A stretch of DNA of 64,000 nt from a virus: positions 1-64,000 of IMG/VR virus record IMGVR_UViG_3300037840_000216; one strand, written 5' to 3'. Below are positions 36,037-45,557 of the stretch, one piece after another. The notes under the pieces were generated by a model. The model ran no database searches and was not told the origin of the DNA. It saw nothing but the letters and a program-made list of their open reading frames with translations. A program made the position numbers and the translations under genes. Each line of letters begins with the position of its first letter. The stretch's first letter is position 1.

Positions 36037-36526
36037 GTGTCTGATCAAAGATTGTCCGCGCCCTGCCGTTGCTAAAGGATATTGTGGATCGCATTATGCA
36101 CGTCTACGGCAGGGACGTAATCTTGAGAATCCTCCGTTGCCCTCTTACGAGCCTCGAACATGTTCGGTCGAGGATTGTGAGTGGCCTTGTTACTGCCGGG
36201 ACCTATGTCAACGCCATCATCGCAAATGGCTGACCTACGGTGATCCGTGCGGCGGAAAGCAATATCGCCAACGTGGCACGGGTAGCTACTACAGTGGTGG
36301 ATATATTCGTATCGGCCAGCGCGGTCAACATCAACTCATCATGGAAGAAATACTAGGCCGCGCCCTGTATCCCGGTGAGACCGTTCATCACAAAAATGGC
36401 ATCAAGGATGATAACGATCCTGATAATCTAGAGCTACGGGCAAAAAATCATGGTCAAGGACAGACTATTCCTGATTTGCTAAAATGGGCACGTACAATCA
36501 TTGAACGTTACGAGGCGACAACGTGA
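35981..36526 (+). CDS. HNH homing endonuclease
   Basis: Two Cys/His repeats, HQLIME..GR..ETVHHKNGIKDDNDPDNLEL. Confidence 0.9.
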   Translation: MMTDSSISILSSQDQSQRECLIKDCPRPAVAKGYCGSHYARLRQGRNLENPPLPSYEPRTCSVEDCEWPCYCRDLCQRHHRKWLTYGDPCGGKQYRQRGTGSYYSGGYIRIGQRGQHQLIMEEILGRALYPGETVHHKNGIKDDNDPDNLELRAKNHGQGQTIPDLLKWARTIIERYEATT

Positions 36527-36658
36527 AAACGCATATCGATTATCTCAGCAAAGACGAAGAGAGCTACCTTCAAAAGTTGAAGGCTATCGCATACTTTTCT
36601 GTCAATCTAAAGGCTTTCGGTCGGGCATGTCGCACTCTTGCCGACATGATCGAGATTC

Positions 36659-37204
36659 ATGAACGTATTGGCCATTGATCCCGGTGCCACGCGGGCCGGA
36701 TGGGCTGTTCTCGGCATTCCCGGCACAGATGGTCAAGCCACGTACGTGGCCTCCGGCGTGGTACATCACCCTCGCCTACCCAAGCAGGCGTTCCAGGACT
36801 ACCGAATGGAACTGACGGAGCACTGGATAGAAGAGTCCTTCAGCCTGATGGAGGAGTACAAACCTAGCGTATTGATCTCTGAGACAGTACCCTCTCGTGG
36901 CCCGGAGATCATGGATCAGTTGTACCTAGCCAATGTGCAGATCACCGTGCTTCACACAATCGCTCTGTCGTATGGGGTAAAAGTTGAGCAGGTGTCGGCT
37001 CGCACAGTGCAATCCAAAATGGCGCTGCGCAAGAAAGATGTGAAAGTGACTAAACCTCAGGTGCGCAACGGTGTACTCTCTTACTTCCCCGAGTTGGAGC
37101 CGCGCCTAAAGACCAAGGGTAAGCAGGTATTTGAGGAGTCAGATGCCTTGGCTATCGGCCTGTGGTTTTGTAACTGCTATAATGTCACAGTGAAATGGTC
37201 GTAG
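36659..37204 (+). CDS. ruvC: RuvC-like Holliday junction resolvase
   Basis: VLAIDPG..GWA, ISE, ESDALAI. Confidence 0.85.
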   Translation: MNVLAIDPGATRAGWAVLGIPGTDGQATYVASGVVHHPRLPKQAFQDYRMELTEHWIEESFSLMEEYKPSVLISETVPSRGPEIMDQLYLANVQITVLHTIALSYGVKVEQVSARTVQSKMALRKKDVKVTKPQVRNGVLSYFPELEPRLKTKGKQVFEESDALAIGLWFCNCYNVTVKWS

Positions 37205-37587
37205 CAACCAAAAAGACAAACAAACCGACAGCGCCAATTCCGCTGCATCGTATCCTGCGTGAGGTCCTAAGACACTACACGGAGTACCGTGAACTAGTAA
37301 ATCAGGACGGGCGGGCGCATATTATCGATTACGGCTACTGGGTCTATAACGAGGACGGGACTAGGAAGCAAAAAGAGGAAGTATCGATCTCGTTCTGGGA
37401 TCTACATGAGGGACTCAAAGAGTTGGCTCCCCGCAAGCGCGAGGCGATCTTCTACAACGTCATCCTTGACATGAAGCAAAAGGATGTTGCGAAGATCATG
37501 GGCATAACCACTGTGAGTGTTGGTCAGTACGTGGAGGCAGGCACCATACAGCTAGCAAAGCAGTACTTTGCGGAGCGGGCGGGCTAA
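37195..37587 (+). CDS. Sigma-70 region-4 HTH protein
   Basis: LAPRKREAI..MKQKDVAKIMGITTVSV. Confidence 0.75.
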   Translation: MVVATKKTNKPTAPIPLHRILREVLRHYTEYRELVNQDGRAHIIDYGYWVYNEDGTRKQKEEVSISFWDLHEGLKELAPRKREAIFYNVILDMKQKDVAKIMGITTVSVGQYVEAGTIQLAKQYFAERAG

Positions 37588-38165
37588 TGGGATATGACGA
37601 CGCTGATCCAGAGCCGGCCGAGGAGGACGAAGACCTCCTGCTGGAAGAGGAGGGAGAGCAACAGTTTCGACCCGATGGCAAATACGCATCGGAAGAGCTA
37701 GTGGCCTTCGCCGACAAGATCCTGCGCGAGGACTCGAACCGCGAGCTTTGCCGCAAATGCAAAGAGAAAGACAAACGCGACGACTTTCTGCCATATGGGG
37801 AGGAGACAGGCATGATTGAGTCGGCCCCTCAGTACATGTCTGATGGCGAGCCACTTCTTGATGATGAGGGGAACCAGTTGTATCTCGACTTCCCCGAACT
37901 CAAGTGCGAGAAAGGGCATCGGTGGTTCCAAGGGGAGGGACAGCGACGAGACATCCGGGGGCCTAATCCAATCCTCTTCGAGAGCCATCTGTACAACCGC
38001 AAACGTCGAGAGATCTACGTGGAGAGCGGCGTACCAGATCCGGCATTTACTATGGATCGACACGGACGACCTACACACGGACTATACAACAGATCGCACC
38101 CAGATGGTAGAAAGATTAACACAAAAGATCAACGGGCTCGGAATGGCGCATCATATTATAGATAA
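37587..38165 (+). CDS. Hypothetical protein
   Basis: TAATG coupling; CxxC..C..H. Confidence 0.75.
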   Translation: MGYDDADPEPAEEDEDLLLEEEGEQQFRPDGKYASEELVAFADKILREDSNRELCRKCKEKDKRDDFLPYGEETGMIESAPQYMSDGEPLLDDEGNQLYLDFPELKCEKGHRWFQGEGQRRDIRGPNPILFESHLYNRKRREIYVESGVPDPAFTMDRHGRPTHGLYNRSHPDGRKINTKDQRARNGASYYR

Positions 38166-38243
38166 AGGTTATCATAATGGACGGTATCGAGGAGCGCACG
38201 GTGCTATCATGGGATGTTATCGAAGAACTGAAACGAGAAGCCG

Positions 38244-38729
38244 ATGAGTAAACAAGCTACTACCGATAGTCCGTTTACCATGACACCGCAACGGTGGTAT
38301 GACCTGATGGTTGAGGTGGGTATTACCCGCGAGGATGTCGAGCCAACTTGGGAAAACCACACAGAGAGAATTGTCGCTGCTCATCTCGTTGGGCCGACGA
38401 TCATTCCCCCTCAAGAGAGGGATGATTTCCTGATCATCCTGCCTCCGGGTTTCGAGTTGCCCGAGGATGAATGGCTTGAGATCGAGAAGCTGTTTGGAGT
38501 CGAACGCATTCTAAAGGGATCAACGGTCGTAGGTTGGGTTAACTTGATCAGAGATGATGGCGACGAGCATCCGAACACTCTACGTATCGGCCAGTTGGTC
38601 GGTACGCGCGCTTGCCACAAAGCGAATGTGGACTATGATGGCATCGTGAATGACTACAACATCAATTGGGATCGTCTGGATAACGATCGCGTCCTGGACG
38701 AACAACCGTGGGGTGTTGAGCCCAGATGA
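38244..38729 (+). CDS. Hypothetical protein
   Basis: 161-aa ORF. Confidence 0.7.
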   Translation: MSKQATTDSPFTMTPQRWYDLMVEVGITREDVEPTWENHTERIVAAHLVGPTIIPPQERDDFLIILPPGFELPEDEWLEIEKLFGVERILKGSTVVGWVNLIRDDGDEHPNTLRIGQLVGTRACHKANVDYDGIVNDYNINWDRLDNDRVLDEQPWGVEPR

Positions 38730-39519
38730 ACGCAGGCTAGTCATGGATGAGATCGAAGCTCAAGAATTGGGGGTGTCTGATGAGGAGCGCAGGAAGCGCA
38801 AACGCATCCTGGATAAGCGCTCGGGCGCTGATCTCAAGAAGCGCTGGGAGCAAGGTGACCGCGCCGAATTGGAGGAGAGGCAGAAGGACGCGGCCCCTCC
38901 AGTTATCGTTGAGCCTCGGTGTCACGTATGCCAGAGTCCGTATCGCGAATTCATTGAGGAATCCCTGGTCAAAGGGCATGCCTACTCGCGCATCGCGAGG
39001 CAGATCCCGGCCGATGAGAACGGGCAGCAGATCGACAGACGCTCGATCTCCAACCATCTCAAGGAACACATGGATCTCCAGCGCACGGCGATCCGCGAGG
39101 AGCTTGAGGAGGAGGCCAGGGCTATCCAGCAGAATGTAGAAGAGGGCTCGCTAGGTGCGAAAACCGATCGCGGGATCTTGAAGGTCCTGGTGGCCAAAGG
39201 ATTCGATGATGTCCTCAACGGCGTCTCGACTGTCGAACCTAAGGATCTCATCCAGATCATCAAGCTTCTGAATGAACTGAACAGCGATGCCTCCAACACG
39301 CGCGCTGAGGAGAACGAGATTGCCCTACGTACCTTCGTGCGCGCGATTGAAAACGTCTGCTCAGTCGAGATGATCAAGCAGATCGTGGCCGAGGCAGAAC
39401 GTATCCGCAACATGGACGATGTTGAGTTCGCCATGGAAGGCATCATCATCCGAGACGATCGTGCGGTGGTCAAAGCACCGCCGTTGGAACTAGAGGCCAG
39501 CGTTGCCGAGGTTGTCTGA
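38716..39519 (+). CDS. Hypothetical protein with Zn-finger/HTH region
   Basis: RCHVC..SRIA..ISNHLKEH. Confidence 0.7.
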   Translation: MSPDERRLVMDEIEAQELGVSDEERRKRKRILDKRSGADLKKRWEQGDRAELEERQKDAAPPVIVEPRCHVCQSPYREFIEESLVKGHAYSRIARQIPADENGQQIDRRSISNHLKEHMDLQRTAIREELEEEARAIQQNVEEGSLGAKTDRGILKVLVAKGFDDVLNGVSTVEPKDLIQIIKLLNELNSDASNTRAEENEIALRTFVRAIENVCSVEMIKQIVAEAERIRNMDDVEFAMEGIIIRDDRAVVKAPPLELEASVAEVV

Positions 39520-39638
39520 TCGTCTATACTGTAGAGTATGGCCTCGAAAAGAGCTTTTCAGGAAGGCGAACGGTTTGGTAGTTGGACCTTTTTGCGAGAA
39601 TTTGAAATTTACCTTGGTCGGGTGGCAAAGTATCGATC

Positions 39639-41582
39639 ATGAAATATCACCTCCTTACTGATGGGCTACTTGATAAAATCGAAATGCTTTCTCGGGATGA
39701 GCAAGAGCGATGGCTTTTCTTGTCCGAGAGCGAGGAGTTCAAAGGCCGTTGGGAAGTAAAAGGAATTTGGCCAACTTGGTTTTTTGACCTGGAGTCTATT
39801 GTGGGCCATTTCCGTACGGTTTCGCCCGCCCGTCTAAAGGATTTCATTGAGGCGTGTGACGATTATTATCAAATAGTTTTTGAGACCCCACCAGAGTCAA
39901 TTTTGACAATATATGAAGATCTACAGAACCCACCGCCTTTTGCGTTGAACTCAAATCTACCCAACACCATTCACGGGATGTTTCCGTGGCAAGTAGAAGG
40001 CTTCAATCGGCTGATCAAAGATGAATCACTCGGGGCCGGTCTAGCGATCTGGGCCACGGGGGCTGGAAAGACTGCGTTTCTTGCTTCAGCTATCAAGTGG
40101 CATGAAACCGAGGGTCATCCATATGATCTCGCCTTGGTGGTAGTGAAGAAGAATAACAAGATTGATATGCAGCGAAAGCTCAAAGCGCTTGCTAATCTCG
40201 ATTCGTTTGTAGTGATAGGAACACCCACTAAACGCAATGCTGTCTATGACGAAATGTCTGCTCGTCTAGAGGCAAAGGAAAAAGTCATCCTCGTTACCAA
40301 TTATGAGAACTTTCGTCAAGACGACGAGGCATTCAAGTGGCTGATGGAAGATCGGGACTGCTTGATCCTGTGGGATGAGATGCCTACGCGCCTGAGCAAC
40401 CGTACCACACAAGTTTACGAGGCTGTGCAAAAGTGCCTTTGGAAGACCTTCCAGCCGCGCACAGGGCTCCCGACGCCTAGACCTAGCTGGATGCGTCAAT
40501 GGATGCTAACAGCCACTCCGATCGAGAATAGTCCTGAAGGTCTTTTCAACCAAATTAGATTGCTAGATCCGACGCTTCTCGGTACTGTTGGGCAATTTGA
40601 GTCCAATTACGTAGTCAATCGCAATCCCATTTCACACAAGCCGGAACGATGGGGACGGCTTGATAAGCTAGAGGGAAAGATTGAGTTCATGACACATCGC
40701 GTAAGTTTGGCCGATCCAGAAGTGGCTAAGTTGTTCCCCGAGGTCATGGAGGACACACTGATCATCGATTGGGACCCACGGGATCGCGCCATCTACGACA
40801 TGCTTGCCACAAATGCTGTCAAGATCCTCGAAGAAGAATCAGAGTCAGAAGAATTCAACGTGTTGGCGCTCATTCAAGTAATGCAGATGATGTGTGATGC
40901 GCCTTCAATGATCGGAAAGTCGGCAGAGAACCACAAAGAGTTCAAGAAAGTCCTCGCAGAGCTAGGGGGAGAAGAAGATGACATGCCGCGTCTTATGAAG
41001 GGATCGGAGATTGCTGTACGCCTGGTCGAAACGCTGCGGAAAGCGCCAACCGATGAGCGACACACTAAGTTTGAGACACTCAAAGAAATCCTCACCGAGA
41101 AACATCCCGATGACAAGGTGCTTGTATACATGACTTGGGCCTCTTATGGTTTTGAGCCGATGGAAAAGAAGCTCAACGAGTGGGGCATCAGCTATGTCGC
41201 TTACGCGGGCACAGACAAACAACGCCAGGCGGCTAAGGATGCCTTTCGTGCCGACCCTGACATTCGGGTCTTCCTATCCAGCGATAAGGGTTCGGATAGC
41301 ATCGACCTCCCCGAGGCGGCTGTAGGCGTGCATTTCAATCAGCCCTGGACCTGGACTCGAAAGCAGCAGAGGGAGGGCAGGAACAACCGGGTCGATAGCT
41401 TGCTCCCGACTACGTTTTGGTACTCGTTGACGATGGCAGGCTCAGTGGAGGATCGCAAGCAGGAAATACTAGCGACTAAGCGTGGCTATCACGAGGCTCT
41501 CTTCGATGGCAAAGCCGCAGAGGACGCGATGGCCTCTAAGCTTTCACGCGAGGATTTGGTCTGGATTTTGACCGGCTCTTGA
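39639..41582 (+). CDS. SNF2-like (SF2) DNA helicase
   Basis: PWQ, TGAGKT, WDEM, LTATPIEN, SSDKGSDSIDL, PW..QREGR..R. Confidence 0.88.
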   Translation: MKYHLLTDGLLDKIEMLSRDEQERWLFLSESEEFKGRWEVKGIWPTWFFDLESIVGHFRTVSPARLKDFIEACDDYYQIVFETPPESILTIYEDLQNPPPFALNSNLPNTIHGMFPWQVEGFNRLIKDESLGAGLAIWATGAGKTAFLASAIKWHETEGHPYDLALVVVKKNNKIDMQRKLKALANLDSFVVIGTPTKRNAVYDEMSARLEAKEKVILVTNYENFRQDDEAFKWLMEDRDCLILWDEMPTRLSNRTTQVYEAVQKCLWKTFQPRTGLPTPRPSWMRQWMLTATPIENSPEGLFNQIRLLDPTLLGTVGQFESNYVVNRNPISHKPERWGRLDKLEGKIEFMTHRVSLADPEVAKLFPEVMEDTLIIDWDPRDRAIYDMLATNAVKILEEESESEEFNVLALIQVMQMMCDAPSMIGKSAENHKEFKKVLAELGGEEDDMPRLMKGSEIAVRLVETLRKAPTDERHTKFETLKEILTEKHPDDKVLVYMTWASYGFEPMEKKLNEWGISYVAYAGTDKQRQAAKDAFRADPDIRVFLSSDKGSDSIDLPEAAVGVHFNQPWTWTRKQQREGRNNRVDSLLPTTFWYSLTMAGSVEDRKQEILATKRGYHEALFDGKAAEDAMASKLSREDLVWILTGS

Positions 41583-41848
41583 TAGCCTGCTATACTCAAA
41601 CTTCGTAGACGAGAGCTAGGAGATGTGCGCTGACTCTGGAAGTCGGCAGCATCCAAAGCCAAACATACAGACAAGAGGTATCGTAATGAATATCGTTCTA
41701 GAGATAAAGGGGACCCCTGGGGTCTAAATCCGGGACGCCACCTTGGCGCTTCCCCTTCCGTGAAGCAACTGGCCACGAGCCGCGCTACCAGCCGCAAAGC
41801 AAGGGAGCGCGGCTCGTGGGGTTTTACGTCGTCCCCAGCCCCAGCTAC

Positions 41849-42075
41849 GGCATGCAGGGCTCGGTTTGGCAGGCAGGGCGGAGCAGGGTTCGGTTGGGTC
41901 TGGTGAGGCTTGGCGGGCTTGGCTGGGCTGAGTAGGGTTGGGCTCGGTAGGGTTTGGCAGGCTTGGTTGGCGTGGTAAGGTCTGGTTAGGCACGGCGCGG
42001 TTCGGCATAGTTAGGCAGGCGAGGCAAAGCGGTGTTCGGTGAGGCTCGGTATGGCGAGGCTTGGTTTAGTGAGGC
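41849..42075 (+). repeat. Array of ~41 GGY-NN pentamers punctuated by GGC(A/G)GGC junctions; candidate guide-RNA array
   Basis: Direct parse, e.g. GGC-GA GGC-AA AGC-GG TGT-TC GGT-GA GGC-TC GGT-AT GGC-GA GGC-TT GGT-TT AGT-GA; junctions at 41868, 41912, 41956, 42014. Confidence 0.9.
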
Positions 42076-43040
42076 GATTTGCCAAGAAGACCGAGAAGAG
42101 CTTCAATGAGGCGTCGATAGTGCCACGTTGGTCTTGCATCGCTAGAGACAGACATCTCGGTTGCGTGAGCAAAGCGGTGTGTGATTCGAGTTGCTTTATC
42201 GACCTCATAGAAGGGCGAAGGTTCCGGGTAAGGCATTGCGGGTCCAATCGTAGCCAATAGTCGTTGACGCGATTGCCCTTCACTAACGACTTCGACGGGC
42301 AGCGATGGGGCTCGGACCAAGGATCGATTAGGATCGGTAGCGTGGCGCACCATGTTGCGAGTGCGGATGGGGACATCGTCTGAGAGGCTCGTGTCTGTAG
42401 TCGAGCGGAAGAAGTGGGTGAGGATTGTCGCCCGGTCTGCGGACAGAGCTTTCTCTTCCTCTTCGCGTATGGGCTCCCCCGCACGAGCGATCCAGACGCG
42501 CGTCGGCGTGCCCTCCACGGTCAGTGCGAAGTCCCCCGACGCCTCAGCTTCTTTCCGTTTCGGAGGCGTTTCGGTGTTGACTCCACGGATGCGTGGGTAG
42601 GTGTAGCCGAAGTCCACGAAGACGAGGCTGAGCGTCTTCGAGGTTGACCACTCCCGCCCGAGGGAATCGAGCACAGTCAGGCTGATCTCTGTATCCGGGT
42701 CGGCGACCTCGTAGGTGTGCGTGACGGTCGGTCCGTGTCCGACATGTCCGTCCCCGAAGTCCCAACGGTACTCCAGGATGGTGACGCCCGGAGGCGGCTG
42801 AACGTGGGGCTGGACTTTGGATTCGACTTCGAATGGTTCCGCGTGGAACTCGACAGCGAGGAACACCGGGGTCGTGCCCCAGGCGTAGCGGTAGTCGCTG
42901 CCTTTGTCACTCGGCAGTGGAGGGTACGGATAGGTGTCGCCGTCGTACGTGGCGCTGCCTAGAGGGCCTGCCTGTTCGAAGTAGAAGTCTACGGTGACCG
43001 GAAGGGCGGGGCGGTTTGGATCGTTGACAATGGAGGTCAT
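42066..43040 (-). CDS. PKD-domain virion protein
   Basis: YRWDFGDG..GPTVTHTY..LTVLD. Confidence 0.75.
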   Translation of the reverse strand: MTSIVNDPNRPALPVTVDFYFEQAGPLGSATYDGDTYPYPPLPSDKGSDYRYAWGTTPVFLAVEFHAEPFEVESKVQPHVQPPPGVTILEYRWDFGDGHVGHGPTVTHTYEVADPDTEISLTVLDSLGREWSTSKTLSLVFVDFGYTYPRIRGVNTETPPKRKEAEASGDFALTVEGTPTRVWIARAGEPIREEEEKALSADRATILTHFFRSTTDTSLSDDVPIRTRNMVRHATDPNRSLVRAPSLPVEVVSEGQSRQRLLATIGPAMPYPEPSPFYEVDKATRITHRFAHATEMSVSSDARPTWHYRRLIEALLGLLGKSPH

Positions 43041-45556
43041 TAGAACACCGCGATGTTGTGGGTGGCGTGGTTGCGTAGGCCGTTGCGGTCAATCGTAATC
43101 AGCGTGACGGCGTATTCGCCGGGGAGCGAGTAGGTGTGTTCTTCCTGAAGGCTGTTGCCCACCGAAAACGCACCATCGCCAAAGTTCCATTCGCGTGTGA
43201 CGATGGCTCCGGTGCCAGGGGTCGATTCGTCGGTGAACTTGAAGGACCTCGCTTCGATCCCTTTCGATTTGAATTGCGCATCCGGGGGAATCAGATCCTC
43301 AAGACGTTCCTCTGGCCACACGAGCCGCCCAAGGGAGGCGTAGCGAGGTACGATCTTTGGTGTCTTGATGGTGGCGTTCTGGCGCAGCGCTCGGGCGCGT
43401 AGCTGAAGTTCCTTGCCACGAGGCTGGAGCAGGATGCCCTTGCGGTTGACGTTGACGATCTCGCGGAAGTCCGTCCACGGTGCGTAGTTGCTGTCCCATG
43501 GGTCGCTGACGGTCGAGCGAGCGCTCCACTGCACGACACGCTCAAAGATGGACACGCTGTCGATCCACCAGGTAGAAGCGATCTCGGTGGGCTGAAGGAT
43601 CTGAACCTGGTAGTTGCCTGTCTGGAGGATCTCTTCTTCCGGCACTCGAATGATGATCTCCTGCCACTGGTTCGTTTCGAGTTCTGGCGTCGGCAGCGGG
43701 ATGATGGTGCCTTCGCTGCTCACGAGGCGCACCGCTATGTTTGGGAACTGTCTCTGGTCGAAGGTGGTGAAGCCTTTGCTCGGGAAGGTGCCTTTGCTCG
43801 GGAAGGTGCGGTGGCGGCTTGGGAAAGTCGGGCGGTGTTTGTCTTCGATGGTTTCCACGGTGCGTGGTTCGCCCGCGTACCAGATGAAGAACTTGATCTC
43901 TGCCTGCTCGAAGTTGCTGAAGTTGATAAAGTCGGTCGTGAGCCCGACGTTGTGTTCAGTGCCATTGGTGTCCACCCGGAAGCTTTCAGCGGTGAGCGCG
44001 CGCGACTTGTCGCGCGAGAGCGTGATGCCTTTAGCCGACGCCGGGGTGATCTTGAAGCCCTGGTTCCAGAGTTCTTCGTTGCCGGTGTAGCTCGCGAAGA
44101 GTTGGGCTCCATCCACGGGCGTAAAGCTGGTGAGAGGAGCGGACTGATACTCGGCGAAGACGACACCGCGCGGTCGGATCGAGCCGACGTAGGCATCGGG
44201 GTCAGGTAGGTATGCCTTCCAGCCAACGCGCCCCTGGCGGCGGCGGAAGACACCATCGTCGTTGACCAGCGTCGTGTCGAAGATCGGTGTCTGTTCTACG
44301 GACTTGTCGGGGGCAAGCTTATAGATGCGCACGCGGGCTCCCGAATCTTCGAGCGAGCAGGTCATGAGGTATTCGGTGTTGTCGAGCAGTTCAGGGAGAG
44401 CATTCGGGCCGTGGTCGGGGAAGACGTAGCCGGGGCTCACCGAGTTGTTCATGATCAGCTTTCGTTTGCCTTCGCCCCATTGTAGAGTGAAGGTGATCCA
44501 ACTCTCCTCAATGGGGTTGGCCACAGGTAGACGCTCTAGGTCTTTCATCTTCTCCAGGTGGTCGAAGCGCGACATGGGCTGTTTGTCGAATTCGCCTACG
44601 GTGCGGGGGACGAACTCTTCGGTGCCGAGGTCAGGCTGCGGGTGCCCATCAAGCTCGGACTGTGTGGTCCCGATGAGGTCAAGCTGCGTCTGGAAGATTA
44701 GCGGCTCCTCGCGCATGTAGAAGACGAGTTCGTTCAGGTGTAGCTGTGAGCCAGGGTTGAAGACGAGGCCGAACTCGGCATCGACCGGCTTGGGGTCGTT
44801 GTAGCCAGGTAGGAGGTCTGACTTCCACATGATGCCCTGTTCGAGCAGCGGGCCGCTCGTCACGTCTCCGTCGAGCGGGTTGGGCTGGCGCAGCATGCCG
44901 TTGAAATTGTCGTAGTCCACCGTGGACACCACCCATCCAGGATTGCCTGGCGTGGGAGCGAGGATGAGCTTAATGCCCATGACGCCCATGTCGGTTTCTT
45001 CCCCTTCGTTGCACACGATGGTGAAGCGCACTCCGGTGATGGCTTCGAGGTCGATTTCGTTCTGCTGCAACGCCGCGCGTTCGATGACGAACTGACTGTC
45101 TCCTTCGATCAGCGCTTTGAGGCTCTCCGAGAACGAGAGGGTCGCGGTGACTGCGGTGTTCGAGCAGTGGCCTGCCGGGTCGGACGTGATTTTGATCCTG
45201 CTCTGGACGATGTTGATCGCCGGGAGGTTGAAATCGGGGAGCGCGAATGTGAAGAGGTCCGTGTCCGCAAAGCCGGTGAGCAGATCGACTGGGTGGTCCG
45301 GCGTGGCTGATTCTGTTTCCGTCGTGCCCTTGCATTCCAGAACGAGCGTTGGGAAGTAGTGGAGCGACGAGCGGTAGGTGAATGTGCCCTCGGTCCAAGC
45401 CTCGCCCGAGGTCGGCACGAACGTGCGCAGATCAACGTGCCGCTGGAACGGCAACTGATCTTTGGTTTCCACTTCGAACGAGTCGTAGTACATCCACGCT
45501 CGCTCTGTGAACTCCTCGCCTAGAGGAACATTGGATCTTTCGCGTTCAAGTGCCAT
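43040..45556 (-). CDS. Minor tail/baseplate protein with C-terminal PKD domain
   Basis: FTDES..WNFGDG..HTY..PGEYAVTL. Confidence 0.75.
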   Translation of the reverse strand: MALERERSNVPLGEEFTERAWMYYDSFEVETKDQLPFQRHVDLRTFVPTSGEAWTEGTFTYRSSLHYFPTLVLECKGTTETESATPDHPVDLLTGFADTDLFTFALPDFNLPAINIVQSRIKITSDPAGHCSNTAVTATLSFSESLKALIEGDSQFVIERAALQQNEIDLEAITGVRFTIVCNEGEETDMGVMGIKLILAPTPGNPGWVVSTVDYDNFNGMLRQPNPLDGDVTSGPLLEQGIMWKSDLLPGYNDPKPVDAEFGLVFNPGSQLHLNELVFYMREEPLIFQTQLDLIGTTQSELDGHPQPDLGTEEFVPRTVGEFDKQPMSRFDHLEKMKDLERLPVANPIEESWITFTLQWGEGKRKLIMNNSVSPGYVFPDHGPNALPELLDNTEYLMTCSLEDSGARVRIYKLAPDKSVEQTPIFDTTLVNDDGVFRRRQGRVGWKAYLPDPDAYVGSIRPRGVVFAEYQSAPLTSFTPVDGAQLFASYTGNEELWNQGFKITPASAKGITLSRDKSRALTAESFRVDTNGTEHNVGLTTDFINFSNFEQAEIKFFIWYAGEPRTVETIEDKHRPTFPSRHRTFPSKGTFPSKGFTTFDQRQFPNIAVRLVSSEGTIIPLPTPELETNQWQEIIIRVPEEEILQTGNYQVQILQPTEIASTWWIDSVSIFERVVQWSARSTVSDPWDSNYAPWTDFREIVNVNRKGILLQPRGKELQLRARALRQNATIKTPKIVPRYASLGRLVWPEERLEDLIPPDAQFKSKGIEARSFKFTDESTPGTGAIVTREWNFGDGAFSVGNSLQEEHTYSLPGEYAVTLITIDRNGLRNHATHNIAVF

Positions 45557-45557
45557 C

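Noticed and set aside
39538-39642. 34-aa ORF with GERFGSWTFL resembling a homing-endonuclease N-terminus
   Set aside because: Too short to support; at most a remnant.
41724-42008. 94-aa minus-strand Pro-rich ORF
   Set aside because: Shadow translation of the GGY-NN array; the 5-nt period is not codon-compatible.
41872-42013. Gapped targets for array blocks A-C in this window
   Set aside because: Only partial matches were found by eye (e.g. RGSS in DnaE); not significant without a computed search.
41849-42075. CRISPR array or simple microsatellite
   Set aside because: No 23-50-bp repeats with spacers; the NN positions are too diverse for slippage.
43773-43830. 18-bp direct repeat
   Set aside because: In-frame coding repeat (TFPSKG) within a tail protein.
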